The notes beneath the pieces were generated by a model that was not told the origin of the DNA, searched no databases, and saw only the letters and a program-made list of their open reading frames with translations. Of a stretch of DNA of 43,114 nt, positions 14,945 to 24,270 are shown in pieces (the first letter of the stretch is position 1; each line of letters begins with the position of its first letter). The DNA lies in the IMG/VR virus record IMGVR_UViG_3300045988_047887; one strand, given 5' to 3'. A program made the translations under genes and the position numbers. The stretch comes from a virus.

Positions 14945-15772
14945 TTAACTTTTTGCCCATGTAGAACCATTGAATGTTTTAGTAATATTACTAGTAGCAA
15001 CAATGGAATTGTCTGAGAATGTTGCCGTTATTGCATAACCATAATCGCCATGCGTTTGCCAGTCAAAAGCAAGATTGTGACCTGTAACTATGATGACTTT
15101 GCCAGACCTTCTTCTGTTTCTCCACATGTTTTCAAGCAGACTCTCCACTGAACCTGATATATCAGTGTAAGTCAAGTTCATTTTAGTTAAACCAATTTTG
15201 TCCCCAAGCAAAGATATATCACCTTTCACGGAAGTGGCTTTGATTAATACAAGTTCAGTTGCCTCAGGACTCAGGACTTTTGAAATATCCTCTGTTGTTG
15301 CATATATATTGGAATTGGTTATACCAAGATACAACAAACTATTATTATTTGCCAATTCAACAGAACCCGAAATATCACCAGAAATTAATAGGTACTTCAA
15401 GCCTTTACAATATTTCAAGTCGCTAAAGTCAATAATCTTGTTGCTATCATCACCTACACCATCATCAAAAGAAATCTTGGAAATATCCTGCTTCTTGCTC
15501 AACTTGATGATTGCACCATTTGACACATAGAGACGAGCATTAGTCACATCTGTACTAGTACCATTAGCGGTGGAAAAATCAGATGATGTAAAGTTTCCTT
15601 TCAAACACTCTACTTTAACTGGAGTGTTTTGGCTAACGGACTGAATAACGATACTGCTGTTTTTAGCTGTTTGCACATCAACAGGTTTAAACTGTATCAC
15701 CACAGAATCAAGATAATTTAAATTATCATTTTCTGTAGAACCACTGAGTTTTGTTACTAAACATTTTCCCAT
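14945..15772 (-). CDS. leucine-rich-repeat-like protein (receptor-binding accessory candidate)
   Basis: It has repeated L..L.L..T.ISGS-type units (LKYLLISGDISGSVEL, LTKMNLTYTDISGSVESL). The gene is AT-rich and lies next to the tail fibre. Confidence 0.55.
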   Translation of the reverse strand: MGKCLVTKLSGSTENDNLNYLDSVVIQFKPVDVQTAKNSSIVIQSVSQNTPVKVECLKGNFTSSDFSTANGTSTDVTNARLYVSNGAIIKLSKKQDISKISFDDGVGDDSNKIIDFSDLKYCKGLKYLLISGDISGSVELANNNSLLYLGITNSNIYATTEDISKVLSPEATELVLIKATSVKGDISLLGDKIGLTKMNLTYTDISGSVESLLENMWRNRRRSGKVIIVTGHNLAFDWQTHGDYGYAITATFSDNSIVATSNITKTFNGSTWAKS

Positions 15773-15789
15773 AATTTTTATTATTAATA

Positions 15790-18732
15790 TTAAACATTAT
15801 ATTCATACTTTGTGTCTAAGGAACTTATCTTATTGGTAAGCCAGTTTTCAACTCGTTTTTTGGAATTGTAAAAACCTAGGACTTTTGGCGCATTCGGGTA
15901 AATTCCTGTAAGAGGAGGTACACTTGTCATAACTTTTGTTGCCTTGAACGCATATTCTTGGTAGATACATATATCACCAATGGCATATTCCTTGTTTTCA
16001 GTGTATTCATCCGCTGTGATTCCTTGTGTAGAAGCATATCCCAAAGATTGCCATCCATCAGCTACTTTACTGCTACGATAGGAAGGAGTGTCATTGTATT
16101 TTTCAAACTCTTTCTTGTAGTTATCATACCCAATAGAATTAATCCACTTGTCTAGAAGACTACAGATATTGCTAACAGAAAATACATTCTTGTCTCTTAG
16201 CTCCCTATATCTTAATTTTATTTCATCAGCATACAGGCTATCCAAGTATAGTACATTCCAGTTTCCGAAGTTCTTGTCAGAACCAGGAACCACATAAGTT
16301 CCATTCCAATGAGCCCCAAAGATACTATCCACATCATACATTGTAGGAGTCCAGAGATTACCATCCCATGTACACCATATCCAATTCTTCCCGAAACCAT
16401 CAAGATTATATAGCACTTGACTTGTTAGCCAGTAGTCTATAAAAGGTCTAGGAATGAAGTACTTTTCAAAAGTTTCCTTTGTTTTACTTTTATTAAGTTC
16501 TGTGTATGCTTGCGAAAGTCTTGTTATATATCCTTTTACCTCCTTACTTAATATGTCGGTATTAGACAACTCTTTTGGATTATCACCATCATATTTGTTC
16601 TCATCAATATCTTTCAATGACTTTGGATTTCTCACCTCAAATGACGTCCATTGTGGAGTACCCTTGAATAAAGTTCCCCACATATCTCCATCAAGTATGA
16701 TATTCTTGGCTTTTTTCTTATCAGCAAAATACACCTCCTTGGATTTTTTTAAATTCCAAGTATAAACTCCCATCCAAGTCTCTTCGTTTGTCTTGGAGTT
16801 AACCCATGTGATAACAATCGGAAAGCCATCAGGATGGCACTTTGCCCCAGTGAAAAAATCTTTTTTTACATCACCCAAACTGTCTGTTGTGCTTTCATTG
16901 GAGTAACTATACTCGTAAGGGTATTGCTGACCAATAGGATGAGACTTGTAGACTTGCTCTATCAGCCAATAGCCTACAATACACTGACCACGGAAAGCAT
17001 CAATGTAGTACTTCTTTAAGTGGAAACTATCCTGCGTTGGAAAATCACCGAACTTAATCTCACCACCATCATTGATATCAATAGCCATGTTCTTGACATA
17101 GTAACCCATAGAAGATGAACCTTGTGCATTCAAGATTACTGGCTTGCGAAAATAGTTACCATCCTTGTCATTATACTCAATTTCTGCTTCAATATCATCC
17201 TGCTTTGTTGTAGGCAGCTTAGGAGCATAGAGTCTTACTTGTGCTGCAATACGAGGGATAGGCAATTCTATATGGCTATCCTTGCTGAAATCTGATGGAT
17301 TCTCCATCTTGATACCAGCAGACTTGAAGGCTTCATTAATCTCTTTGGCTGCTTCATCAGATAATTCAAGGTGTTTAGCGGAAATCTTGTGCTCATGACG
17401 AGTACCTTTAGAATCTCTGTAGCCAAGAATCTTATTTTCTGCATCTGTAGTAATCTCAGTTCTTCCTTCAGGGTCTTCAATATGAGAAAACTCTTCAGGG
17501 ATAGTCTCAGACTTTACCTTATAGAGATAATGGCTACCATCAGGAGCAATATATCCAATTACCTTACCCTCGGCATCTGTCTCAACAGAAAGATATTCAT
17601 CACTCTCTATTGTAGAAAGATGAGCTGTACGTTTTTTAATGTCTGCTATATCAATAATAGCATTGGCAATAAAGGTACTAATATCAATACCACCGACAAT
17701 CATGTGACCATCATTTGCACGGAAACCACAAAGAACCTTGTCTTCAGCATCAATGATAGCATAGAGCCATTCCTCATTGGTTACAACAGAGTACATTTCA
17801 TGGTTAGGGAAGTATGGATCCCCATCATACTTGATTCCTGCAAGGATTCTGTTTTCTGCATCTACTACTGCGATGATATACTCATCATTAGAGATATAGA
17901 AGAAGCTTCCAGCTACATCAAGGTTTACCAATCCCTTATCATCTTCTTTTGTCTGAAAAGTTTTAAGAACTTCCTTAATAGCCTTAATATCATCAAGCCA
18001 CTTAGCCTTTGCAGCCCAACAAGTACCATCTTGCTGAATACCAAGAAGAGGATGATTAGCTGCATCAAGAATTACCCAAAGGAACTCTTCGCTCTGTGAT
18101 ATGTGATACATATCATTTTGTGGATAGTAAGGCTTGCCAGTTGCTCTGTAAATACCAAAGAGAAGTCTATCCTCAGAATCTACAACAGCCATGATAAACT
18201 CCTCATTTTCGATTACTCTGAATGGAGTATCTTGAACATTTCCTTCCTCATCCTTGATAGTTGTCTTATCAAGGTTCTTTGCAACATTATCAAGATTAGC
18301 CAAGATGGAAGTAAGAGTCTCCGTATTCTCTATCTCAGCAAAGAACTTCTTCAACTCATTCATAGTGTCAATGACGTTTGTTGTGTCCTCGTCTCCCATG
18401 ATGGTTGCTACTCTCTCTGCAAGAAGAGTTACCTGTGACTGCAATCTATCCTCTACTGCACTTGTTTTGCCAAACTTAGGAGTACAATCCCACTGAATAC
18501 CGAAGAGAAGTCTATCTTCTGCGTCCACCTTGGCAAAGATGAACTCTTCATTCTGAATGTAGCGAAAAGGAGTATCTACTACCGTTCCTTCCTCGTCCTT
18601 GACGGAAACCTTGTCTGCAATCTCCACAAGTCCAGCGAGAGCACCGCCTACCCTCTCGGCTGTGTTCTCACCCACCTGCGTAGCGTTCTTAACCGCAGCC
18701 GCCTGTTGTTTAATTTCGTCTATTGTTGCCAT
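15790..18732 (-). CDS. tail fibre or receptor-binding protein with internal repeats and a CotH-like C-terminal domain
   Basis: It carries seven copies of a ..NEEF..A.VDAEDR.L.GI..DG.. unit. The C-terminal FIDYWLTSQVLYNLDGFGKNWIWCTWDGNLWTPTMYDVDSIFG matches the CotH pattern. Confidence 0.6.
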   Translation of the reverse strand: MATIDEIKQQAAAVKNATQVGENTAERVGGALAGLVEIADKVSVKDEEGTVVDTPFRYIQNEEFIFAKVDAEDRLLFGIQWDCTPKFGKTSAVEDRLQSQVTLLAERVATIMGDEDTTNVIDTMNELKKFFAEIENTETLTSILANLDNVAKNLDKTTIKDEEGNVQDTPFRVIENEEFIMAVVDSEDRLLFGIYRATGKPYYPQNDMYHISQSEEFLWVILDAANHPLLGIQQDGTCWAAKAKWLDDIKAIKEVLKTFQTKEDDKGLVNLDVAGSFFYISNDEYIIAVVDAENRILAGIKYDGDPYFPNHEMYSVVTNEEWLYAIIDAEDKVLCGFRANDGHMIVGGIDISTFIANAIIDIADIKKRTAHLSTIESDEYLSVETDAEGKVIGYIAPDGSHYLYKVKSETIPEEFSHIEDPEGRTEITTDAENKILGYRDSKGTRHEHKISAKHLELSDEAAKEINEAFKSAGIKMENPSDFSKDSHIELPIPRIAAQVRLYAPKLPTTKQDDIEAEIEYNDKDGNYFRKPVILNAQGSSSMGYYVKNMAIDINDGGEIKFGDFPTQDSFHLKKYYIDAFRGQCIVGYWLIEQVYKSHPIGQQYPYEYSYSNESTTDSLGDVKKDFFTGAKCHPDGFPIVITWVNSKTNEETWMGVYTWNLKKSKEVYFADKKKAKNIILDGDMWGTLFKGTPQWTSFEVRNPKSLKDIDENKYDGDNPKELSNTDILSKEVKGYITRLSQAYTELNKSKTKETFEKYFIPRPFIDYWLTSQVLYNLDGFGKNWIWCTWDGNLWTPTMYDVDSIFGAHWNGTYVVPGSDKNFGNWNVLYLDSLYADEIKLRYRELRDKNVFSVSNICSLLDKWINSIGYDNYKKEFEKYNDTPSYRSSKVADGWQSLGYASTQGITADEYTENKEYAIGDICIYQEYAFKATKVMTSVPPLTGIYPNAPKVLGFYNSKKRVENWLTNKISSLDTKYEYNV

Positions 18733-18735
18733 ATA

Positions 18736-19314
18736 TTAATCTCCTATTGCGTGAATGTGTGCCCTCGTCCCTCTCTGCTGTTTCACTTCCCCTTTAGGGG
18801 TGAATGCCTTGAGATATTCGAGTGCATCTGATAAATATCTTTCTGCCATATCCATGATGTCGTTGTATTGCTTGTTGCTCGATACGTCTTGAACGTGGTC
18901 TGAATAATCGTCTCTGTGGCGCATTCCACCTACTCGGCTTACAATTGTTCCATCGGCACGGAAAAGTCTCGCATACGTGAAATAAGCGAGTGCCTTGCGT
19001 ATTCCGCTGGTGTACTTCTGCACCTTGGTTTCGTCTTGGCTGCAATCTCCATCCTTTTTGGTGGTGTATTCGCCACCGTCCAGGAAGACCGCAGGCTGGA
19101 AATCGGGCAAGACTGAATCGTCCCACTCTCCCTGCTCGGTCGCTGCCTTGAACCGCTTCCACCCGATGGCTGGTATGATGTTCGCATCTTCGCATTCCCG
19201 AATGTATGCGTTCACTTCATCCTCATCTAGGTGCGTGCTGGTCGGTCTTGCCAGTTCTCGGAACTGATCAACCGTAATAAGTTGTTTTCTTTGTTCTCCC
19301 ATAGGCTCAATCAA
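18736..19314 (-). CDS. virion protein, head-tail adaptor candidate
   Basis: The call rests on position immediately after the portal gene. No firm motif was seen. Confidence 0.35.
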   Translation of the reverse strand: MIEPMGEQRKQLITVDQFRELARPTSTHLDEDEVNAYIRECEDANIIPAIGWKRFKAATEQGEWDDSVLPDFQPAVFLDGGEYTTKKDGDCSQDETKVQKYTSGIRKALAYFTYARLFRADGTIVSRVGGMRHRDDYSDHVQDVSSNKQYNDIMDMAERYLSDALEYLKAFTPKGEVKQQRGTRAHIHAIGD

Positions 19315-20493
19315 TTAATCTATCGTGTTGTTCCCTGCCGCTTCGCTGCTGATATACTTCAACGGCTGCAGCTTCGGGTCTAGGTTCTGAATGGCTGGGT
19401 CGTGCCAATTCTCGAAAATCTTCTTGAAGGCTCGCTCGATGAATCGCTGTTCTGTCGTTACCTCTCCAGCATAGTACTCGTAGGCATCCTGCATAACTTG
19501 ACCGCTGAATCCCAGCTTGCCGATACGGATGGAATAGAAGAGTTCTTGGTGGAACTGTGCGTAGATGCGCTCGATAACGCTGCTGTCGGTAACTGAAAAC
19601 TCCTTGTCAAAGTTCTTTGTCGGGAAAGCCACAACCTTCGGTTCGTCTTCCTCGTTCTCCACCTCGACCGCAAGAATCTTCGCTGTGTTCTCGTCCCCTT
19701 GGAACTGCAAAAGGTCTTCATCGGAAATCATCTGTCCGCTCTCTACCTCTTCGCCATTCTCGTTGAACTTCGGCACGCCCTTCTTAATTACGAGCATACA
19801 CGATACGAGGAAGTTGTTGCGGACGTTTCTCATCTTGACGTTTCCCAGTCCCTCATCGGTCGAAATCTCCGTGATGGCTGAATCGTAGCTGGCTGTAGGA
19901 TAAATAAACTGTCCGTCTAGGCTCTGCCACAGAATCTGCCCCTTGTAGCTGTCAATACCGCCAGCGTTCTCAATCTGTTCAAGAACGATGTCGGGGTCGG
20001 GATTGAAGACGTTGATGCGCTCGATGGTCTTCTCGTTCACCATCAATCGCTTTCCGTTCCTCGTTTTCTTCTGCTCCCAGTCTGGATGCAGCAAGACGTG
20101 CGCCACGTTCCCCTTGTCGTCCGTCTCTTCAAGGCGGCAATTCTCAAAGGGTACGTGGCTCACGCTCGACACCTGCCCTAGAACGTTGTAGTTAACATGA
20201 AGGGCAAAGCCACCAAAGCGTGCGAGGTCTTGCGCCACGTTCCTCAACAAATCGTCTGCCGTGTCCCCTTGCTGGTTCATCGCCAACGCTGCTAGAATGT
20301 CGCTATCGAAGCCGTAGCCCTCAATAAATCGGGCGTAGCGGTTAAGGCACAGCATTGCCGTTCCGCTTGCTTCCGTGATGCGTGCGAGGTTCTGCGGATA
20401 TAAGTTATCATATCCGTATGCCTGCATCTTGAATCGGCTGACGTAGCCAATATCAACCCTTCGCTTTGGCTTTTTTACTGTTTTAACGTTCAT
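19315..20493 (-). CDS. portal protein (putative)
   Basis: It is 392 aa. The N-terminal YGYDNLYPQNLARITEASGTAMLCLNRYARFIEGYGF resembles portals of Bacteroidota siphophages. It lies in the head module. Confidence 0.55.
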   Translation of the reverse strand: MNVKTVKKPKRRVDIGYVSRFKMQAYGYDNLYPQNLARITEASGTAMLCLNRYARFIEGYGFDSDILAALAMNQQGDTADDLLRNVAQDLARFGGFALHVNYNVLGQVSSVSHVPFENCRLEETDDKGNVAHVLLHPDWEQKKTRNGKRLMVNEKTIERINVFNPDPDIVLEQIENAGGIDSYKGQILWQSLDGQFIYPTASYDSAITEISTDEGLGNVKMRNVRNNFLVSCMLVIKKGVPKFNENGEEVESGQMISDEDLLQFQGDENTAKILAVEVENEEDEPKVVAFPTKNFDKEFSVTDSSVIERIYAQFHQELFYSIRIGKLGFSGQVMQDAYEYYAGEVTTEQRFIERAFKKIFENWHDPAIQNLDPKLQPLKYISSEAAGNNTID

Positions 20494-20520
20494 ATTGCTT
20501 GTGTCGTTTTACTTGTTGTT

Positions 20521-21012
20521 CTACTCTTCCTTGCCTGCTTTCTCGGCTTGGTCGATGTCTTTCTTCTTGTCGCCTGCTGGCTCTTTCCCAGCGGTATCAT
20601 CTGCACCGCTGTTGCCGCCTGCTGGCTGCTTGTTCTCGATGAGTTCCTCGCTGGGTATCTTCTGAAAGTACTTCTCCATGTGTGGGTACTTCGTCAGATA
20701 TTCATGAGCAACCTTGTCGGTCAGGTTTTCATTCGTGAAAATCTTACCATTATAGAAATCGGGGCAGGAAATGATGAAGCCTGCCTTCATTGCGTAATTA
20801 CATTGCTTTGGCATAGCCTTTTCTTTTTTGAGTTTCAAATATATTTCTATCAGAGCATCGTGGTAACACTGCTGGCAGGTTGTCGGTACAAACCGCTTCC
20901 GTGTTACCTCGAAATATAGAGATTCTATAACTGCCTTATCGGATGCGTCAAAGGGTCTGTCAAACCGTGCCTTCAACTCCCCGACCTTGGCTGTCGCTTC
21001 CTCGTAGGTCAT
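20521..21012 (-). CDS. hypothetical protein with an acidic, low-complexity tail
   Basis: It is an ORF in the head/tail module. Confidence 0.6.
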   Translation of the reverse strand: MTYEEATAKVGELKARFDRPFDASDKAVIESLYFEVTRKRFVPTTCQQCYHDALIEIYLKLKKEKAMPKQCNYAMKAGFIISCPDFYNGKIFTNENLTDKVAHEYLTKYPHMEKYFQKIPSEELIENKQPAGGNSGADDTAGKEPAGDKKKDIDQAEKAGKEE

Positions 21013-21015
21013 GGC

Positions 21016-21606
21016 TTAACCTCCTACGGCTGATGTCAGACTGGCGTACTTGGCTGCTGTGGTCTCGCTGTCGGTATCGAAGAAGAAGTAAGCTGCCTTA
21101 GGTACGCTCTCCTCTTCCAGCGTGATAAGCCAGCCGCCCTCGGTATCGTCCGAGTACTTGTCGTTTTCGCCTGCGCTTGCCTTCAAAGCCTGCGCATATC
21201 CGAATACTTGGTACTCTGCCTTTCCGTCCGCTCCCTTCGAAAGGTTGCGCAGGATGATAACGAACTTACCGTTTGCCAGTCCGTCAATGATATTCGCACA
21301 TACATCGGGTGTGTTAGCCAACACCACGATTGCCACGGTGTTCTTCCAGCTGTTGCGATACGTGCCAACTGCCAGCTCGGTCTTGGTTCCAGTGAATGGC
21401 TTGCTGCCTTCCTGCCGGATAGCGTATGCTTTCTTGCCAGTCTTCAGCACAATTGTGCTAATTGTATTACCAACGACAGCAGACTTGGTGAAGTCGATGT
21501 CGTCTCGGTTGATGATAAGTCCATCGCCCTCCAGTCCCTTTGTTACTTGGTCTTCGCAAGGGATGATGATGTCCTGGGCGATAAGGCTCTCGCAAGTTGT
21601 TGCCAT
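21016..21606 (-). CDS. virion structural protein, possibly the major tail tube
   Basis: It is 196 aa, appears beta-rich and follows the capsid gene. The assignment is tentative. Confidence 0.35.
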   Translation of the reverse strand: MATTCESLIAQDIIIPCEDQVTKGLEGDGLIINRDDIDFTKSAVVGNTISTIVLKTGKKAYAIRQEGSKPFTGTKTELAVGTYRNSWKNTVAIVVLANTPDVCANIIDGLANGKFVIILRNLSKGADGKAEYQVFGYAQALKASAGENDKYSDDTEGGWLITLEEESVPKAAYFFFDTDSETTAAKYASLTSAVGG

Positions 21607-21631
21607 ATTAATTCGTTTTTAATTGTTATAT

Positions 21632-21660
21632 CCCCAACACCGTTTTTGTTGGTGTTGAGG
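21632..21660 (-). terminator. stem-loop after the capsid gene (attenuator or mRNA stabiliser)
   Basis: CCCCAACACC (21632-21641) pairs with GGTGTTGAGG (21651-21660) at 9 of 10 positions. There is no strong T-run. Confidence 0.4.
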
Positions 21661-21700
21661 ATTCATAAGAACTTAATACTAATAAAAAGATTTGGAGCGA

Positions 21701-22768
21701 TTAGTAAGCTGCATGGATCATGTTCTCTTCGAGCAGAGCCGTGCCAATCTTACCAGTTGCGTAGATGTAATTTCTTCGTTCCTTCTGGTCGAAGAAGATG
21801 TCGAGGTCGCTGATGAGTGCGTCTGCGTCAGTACCAACCATAAGGTGCTTAGGATTGCAGAATACCGCACGGTGTGGAAGGTTGACTGTTGTCTCGCCCT
21901 TCTCGTATGCGTTAATCATTCTATCCCAAATGCCGACACGTGCAATCTTCACTCCGTTGTATGTCGCTACATCGAAGCCATCGAACACCTTCTCCCATGG
22001 CATGATGTCGTGGTAGGTCTGCTTGATGTCGTAGGTCAATGCGTCAGCGAGCGAGCGTGTCATGAGCAACACTGCATCGCTGTCGTCAATGATACGTGTG
22101 TCTACGTCCATCAAGATGGTGTCTACGGCTGTTGTAGCTGCACCCTTCTTGCGCAATGCTGAAACCTGCGCTGCTGCTGTGGCTTCGCTGTTGGCTGCGA
22201 TGGTGGTATGGTTCTTAGTCGCTGTGGCTGTAAAGATGCGCTTGAAGAGACCGTCACAGACGTTGAACATGTTAACGTCCGACCCTGCTGTCAGCTTGCC
22301 GCCACCTGAACCTGCCAATGCTGCCGCCTTGTCACCAAACCAGCCGAAACGCCAAATCATCTGCTGCATGGCTCGCTGGAGTGCATCGGTGTAGATGGTC
22401 ATAAAGTCGGTGCTGGTAAGGTCGCCAATGGCTGTACCGGTCTTCAAGGAGTACTCTCCGATTGACCCCTTCAATGCTTCGTAGCAAATCTTGATAGGGA
22501 TTTCCCACTGTCCGAGTTCCCAACGCTTCTGAGAGTTGGCGATACCCTTCTCTTCGTAGGTAGGGTCGCAACCGCCACCCTTCTTACCGACCATTTCCAT
22601 CTCACCGATAAGTGCGATAGGATCATCGTTCTTTACCTTCATAATGTTAACGAATGAAGAGAAGTCCTCATCCTTGAAGAAGGTCTCCTGAATGGCACTC
22701 TTGATGCTATCGAGGTTTTCTGGCTGGAGTGTCAAGTTCTCCAGCTGCTTTTTTGTAAATCCTGCCAT
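21701..22768 (-). CDS. major capsid protein (HK97-fold, putative)
   Basis: It is 355 aa, lies immediately after the protease/scaffold gene, and is followed by a stem-loop. Confidence 0.75.
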   Translation of the reverse strand: MAGFTKKQLENLTLQPENLDSIKSAIQETFFKDEDFSSFVNIMKVKNDDPIALIGEMEMVGKKGGGCDPTYEEKGIANSQKRWELGQWEIPIKICYEALKGSIGEYSLKTGTAIGDLTSTDFMTIYTDALQRAMQQMIWRFGWFGDKAAALAGSGGGKLTAGSDVNMFNVCDGLFKRIFTATATKNHTTIAANSEATAAAQVSALRKKGAATTAVDTILMDVDTRIIDDSDAVLLMTRSLADALTYDIKQTYHDIMPWEKVFDGFDVATYNGVKIARVGIWDRMINAYEKGETTVNLPHRAVFCNPKHLMVGTDADALISDLDIFFDQKERRNYIYATGKIGTALLEENMIHAAY

Positions 22769-22803
22769 TATTTTTCTTCTGTTTAATGGGTTAATACTTT
22801 TGG

Positions 22804-24075
22804 TTACTTCTTGCCCTTTTTGTGGAGCTTGGCAAGTCTCTCCTTGATGGCTTCCTTTCCTTCCTCGACAGCGTTCACGTTGTCGCCTGCGCCCTTGCCG
22901 CTTGGCTGTCGCTGTGCTGGCTGGTAGTGGCTGCTGTAGCCTGCCAGCACCTTCTCAGCACCGCCTGCCATCTTCACGGCATTCAGGATGCGCATGTCTT
23001 CCTTGCTCTTCGCAAGTTTCTGCGCGCCTGCCAGCTGTGCCTTGGTGTCGTTCAACTGCTGTTTGAGTGCTGCTACCTGCTTCTGCAACTTGGCTACGGT
23101 GTCGTTGTCGCTGCTTGATGCGCTGCCGCCCTCACCGCCTTCACCGCCCTCATTGTCGTTGTCGGTGTTGTCTGCGGTCTGAATGTCGGTAATTACACCG
23201 TCCTCGACAACAATTGTCTTACCGTCCGGCATTTCAAAAGTTCCGTCCGGACTTGCCTTGTCGCCAACTTGTGGATCTCCCTCTTCACGCTCAACGGTCA
23301 GAACTTGACCGTCCGATGTGTTGAGTTCCATCGCCTTTGGCTCTGCCTTGGCTTGTGGCTCTTCCACCACCTGCTCTGCTTCCTCCAGTGTCTTCACGCC
23401 CAACTTGGCGAGAATCTTGTCGAGGAGAGAAGCCTTTACTTCTGTTTTCTTCTCCATTGCTTTTGGATTTTGTTGTTTTGAATTAATAAAATTTTCGATA
23501 TTGCGTTTCGATGCGCTTGCGCTGATTGGTGCAACGGTGCTGCTGATAAGACCTAGGCGCAATGCTTCGCTGGTGCTGATAAAGATGTCCTTATCCATCA
23601 AGGCTTGTATCTCCTCACGGTCGCACTCGCAACGCTCTACGTATGCGTCCACCATCTTGTCCTGCCACATCTGCATTTCCTCGCTCTGGTTCTTCAAGTC
23701 CTTTGCATTCAGCTGGTCGCCAAGACACCAGCCAGGAACCCACGGATTGTGCAGCAGGAAGGCAGCGTTCTCGTATGCCTTGCGGCTCTCCTTTGGTGCT
23801 GCAAGCATGATGATTGTTGCCATGGATGCTGCCTTGCCCTCAACGGTGCAGGAAATCTTCTTGCCGCTCTGTCGCAGTCGGTCGTAAATTGCCCAACCCT
23901 CGACAACAGAACCGCCATTGCAGAAGATGCGCATATCGATGGTGTCGTCATCCTTTGGTATGCTTGCTGCAAAAGCATCTATGTCTTGAAAACATACGCA
24001 GTCACCTCCAAACCATTGATACCAAAATTTATTATCTTGGCTGTCGATATCGTTGTATATTCTGAGTTTTGCCAT
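22804..24075 (-). CDS. ClpP-family head maturation protease fused to a scaffold-like coiled coil
   Basis: NGGSVVEGWAIYDRLRQSGKKISCTVEGKAASMATIIMLAA...LLHNPW is an S14 protease pattern. The C-terminal coiled coil is VAKLQKQVAALKQQLNDTKAQL. Confidence 0.85.
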   Translation of the reverse strand: MAKLRIYNDIDSQDNKFWYQWFGGDCVCFQDIDAFAASIPKDDDTIDMRIFCNGGSVVEGWAIYDRLRQSGKKISCTVEGKAASMATIIMLAAPKESRKAYENAAFLLHNPWVPGWCLGDQLNAKDLKNQSEEMQMWQDKMVDAYVERCECDREEIQALMDKDIFISTSEALRLGLISSTVAPISASASKRNIENFINSKQQNPKAMEKKTEVKASLLDKILAKLGVKTLEEAEQVVEEPQAKAEPKAMELNTSDGQVLTVEREEGDPQVGDKASPDGTFEMPDGKTIVVEDGVITDIQTADNTDNDNEGGEGGEGGSASSSDNDTVAKLQKQVAALKQQLNDTKAQLAGAQKLAKSKEDMRILNAVKMAGGAEKVLAGYSSHYQPAQRQPSGKGAGDNVNAVEEGKEAIKERLAKLHKKGKK

Positions 24076-24106
24076 TGAATCGTTATTTTTAAGTTTTAAA
24101 ACGCTG

Positions 24107-24114
24107 CAAAGATA
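24107..24114 (-). promoter_or_regulatory. -7 box TATCTTTG of the head-operon promoter
   Basis: The plus strand reads GCTGCAAAGATACGATTTTTT, 32 nt upstream of the protease ATG. The -33 element is weak. Confidence 0.5.
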
Positions 24115-24171
24115 CGATTTTTTATGATATGTTTATCTCTTAAACAGTTAATTTTCCTAAACAAGCCAAAA

Positions 24172-24250
24172 TTTTGCGTTCTAAGCGAGTTTTACAGCCT
24201 TTGGTGTGTAACTTTACCACCTTCGACCAAAAACCGCTCAGAACGCAAAT
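24172..24250 (-). terminator. long stem-loop downstream of the tape measure gene
   Basis: TTTGCGTTCTAAGCG (24173-24187) pairs with CGCTCAGAACGCAAA (24235-24249) at 14 of 15 positions. The loop is 47 nt and the stem is followed by ATTTTGG on the minus strand. Confidence 0.45.
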
Positions 24251-24270
24251 CTTGATGAAATAACTCCCCT

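Noticed and set aside
14851-14970. 39-aa ORF (MVLHGQKVNSHRVEFDTYSEAKAYVDEHNLVYEEPKYGE) overlapping the LRR gene end
   Set aside because: It fills the 135-nt gap and could be real. However, it overlaps the LRR gene by 26 nt, has no motif, and rests only on an ATG. The support is too weak to annotate.
17371-18099. 242-aa plus-strand ORF inside the fibre gene
   Set aside because: It is antisense within an AT-rich gene. The Ile/Asn/Leu-rich product fits the antisense of an AT-rich gene.
15790-18732. Diversity-generating retroelement targeting the fibre or LRR genes
   Set aside because: No reverse transcriptase ORF exists anywhere in the window, and I found no near-identical template or variable DNA repeat pair. 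The fibre repeats are degenerate at the protein level.
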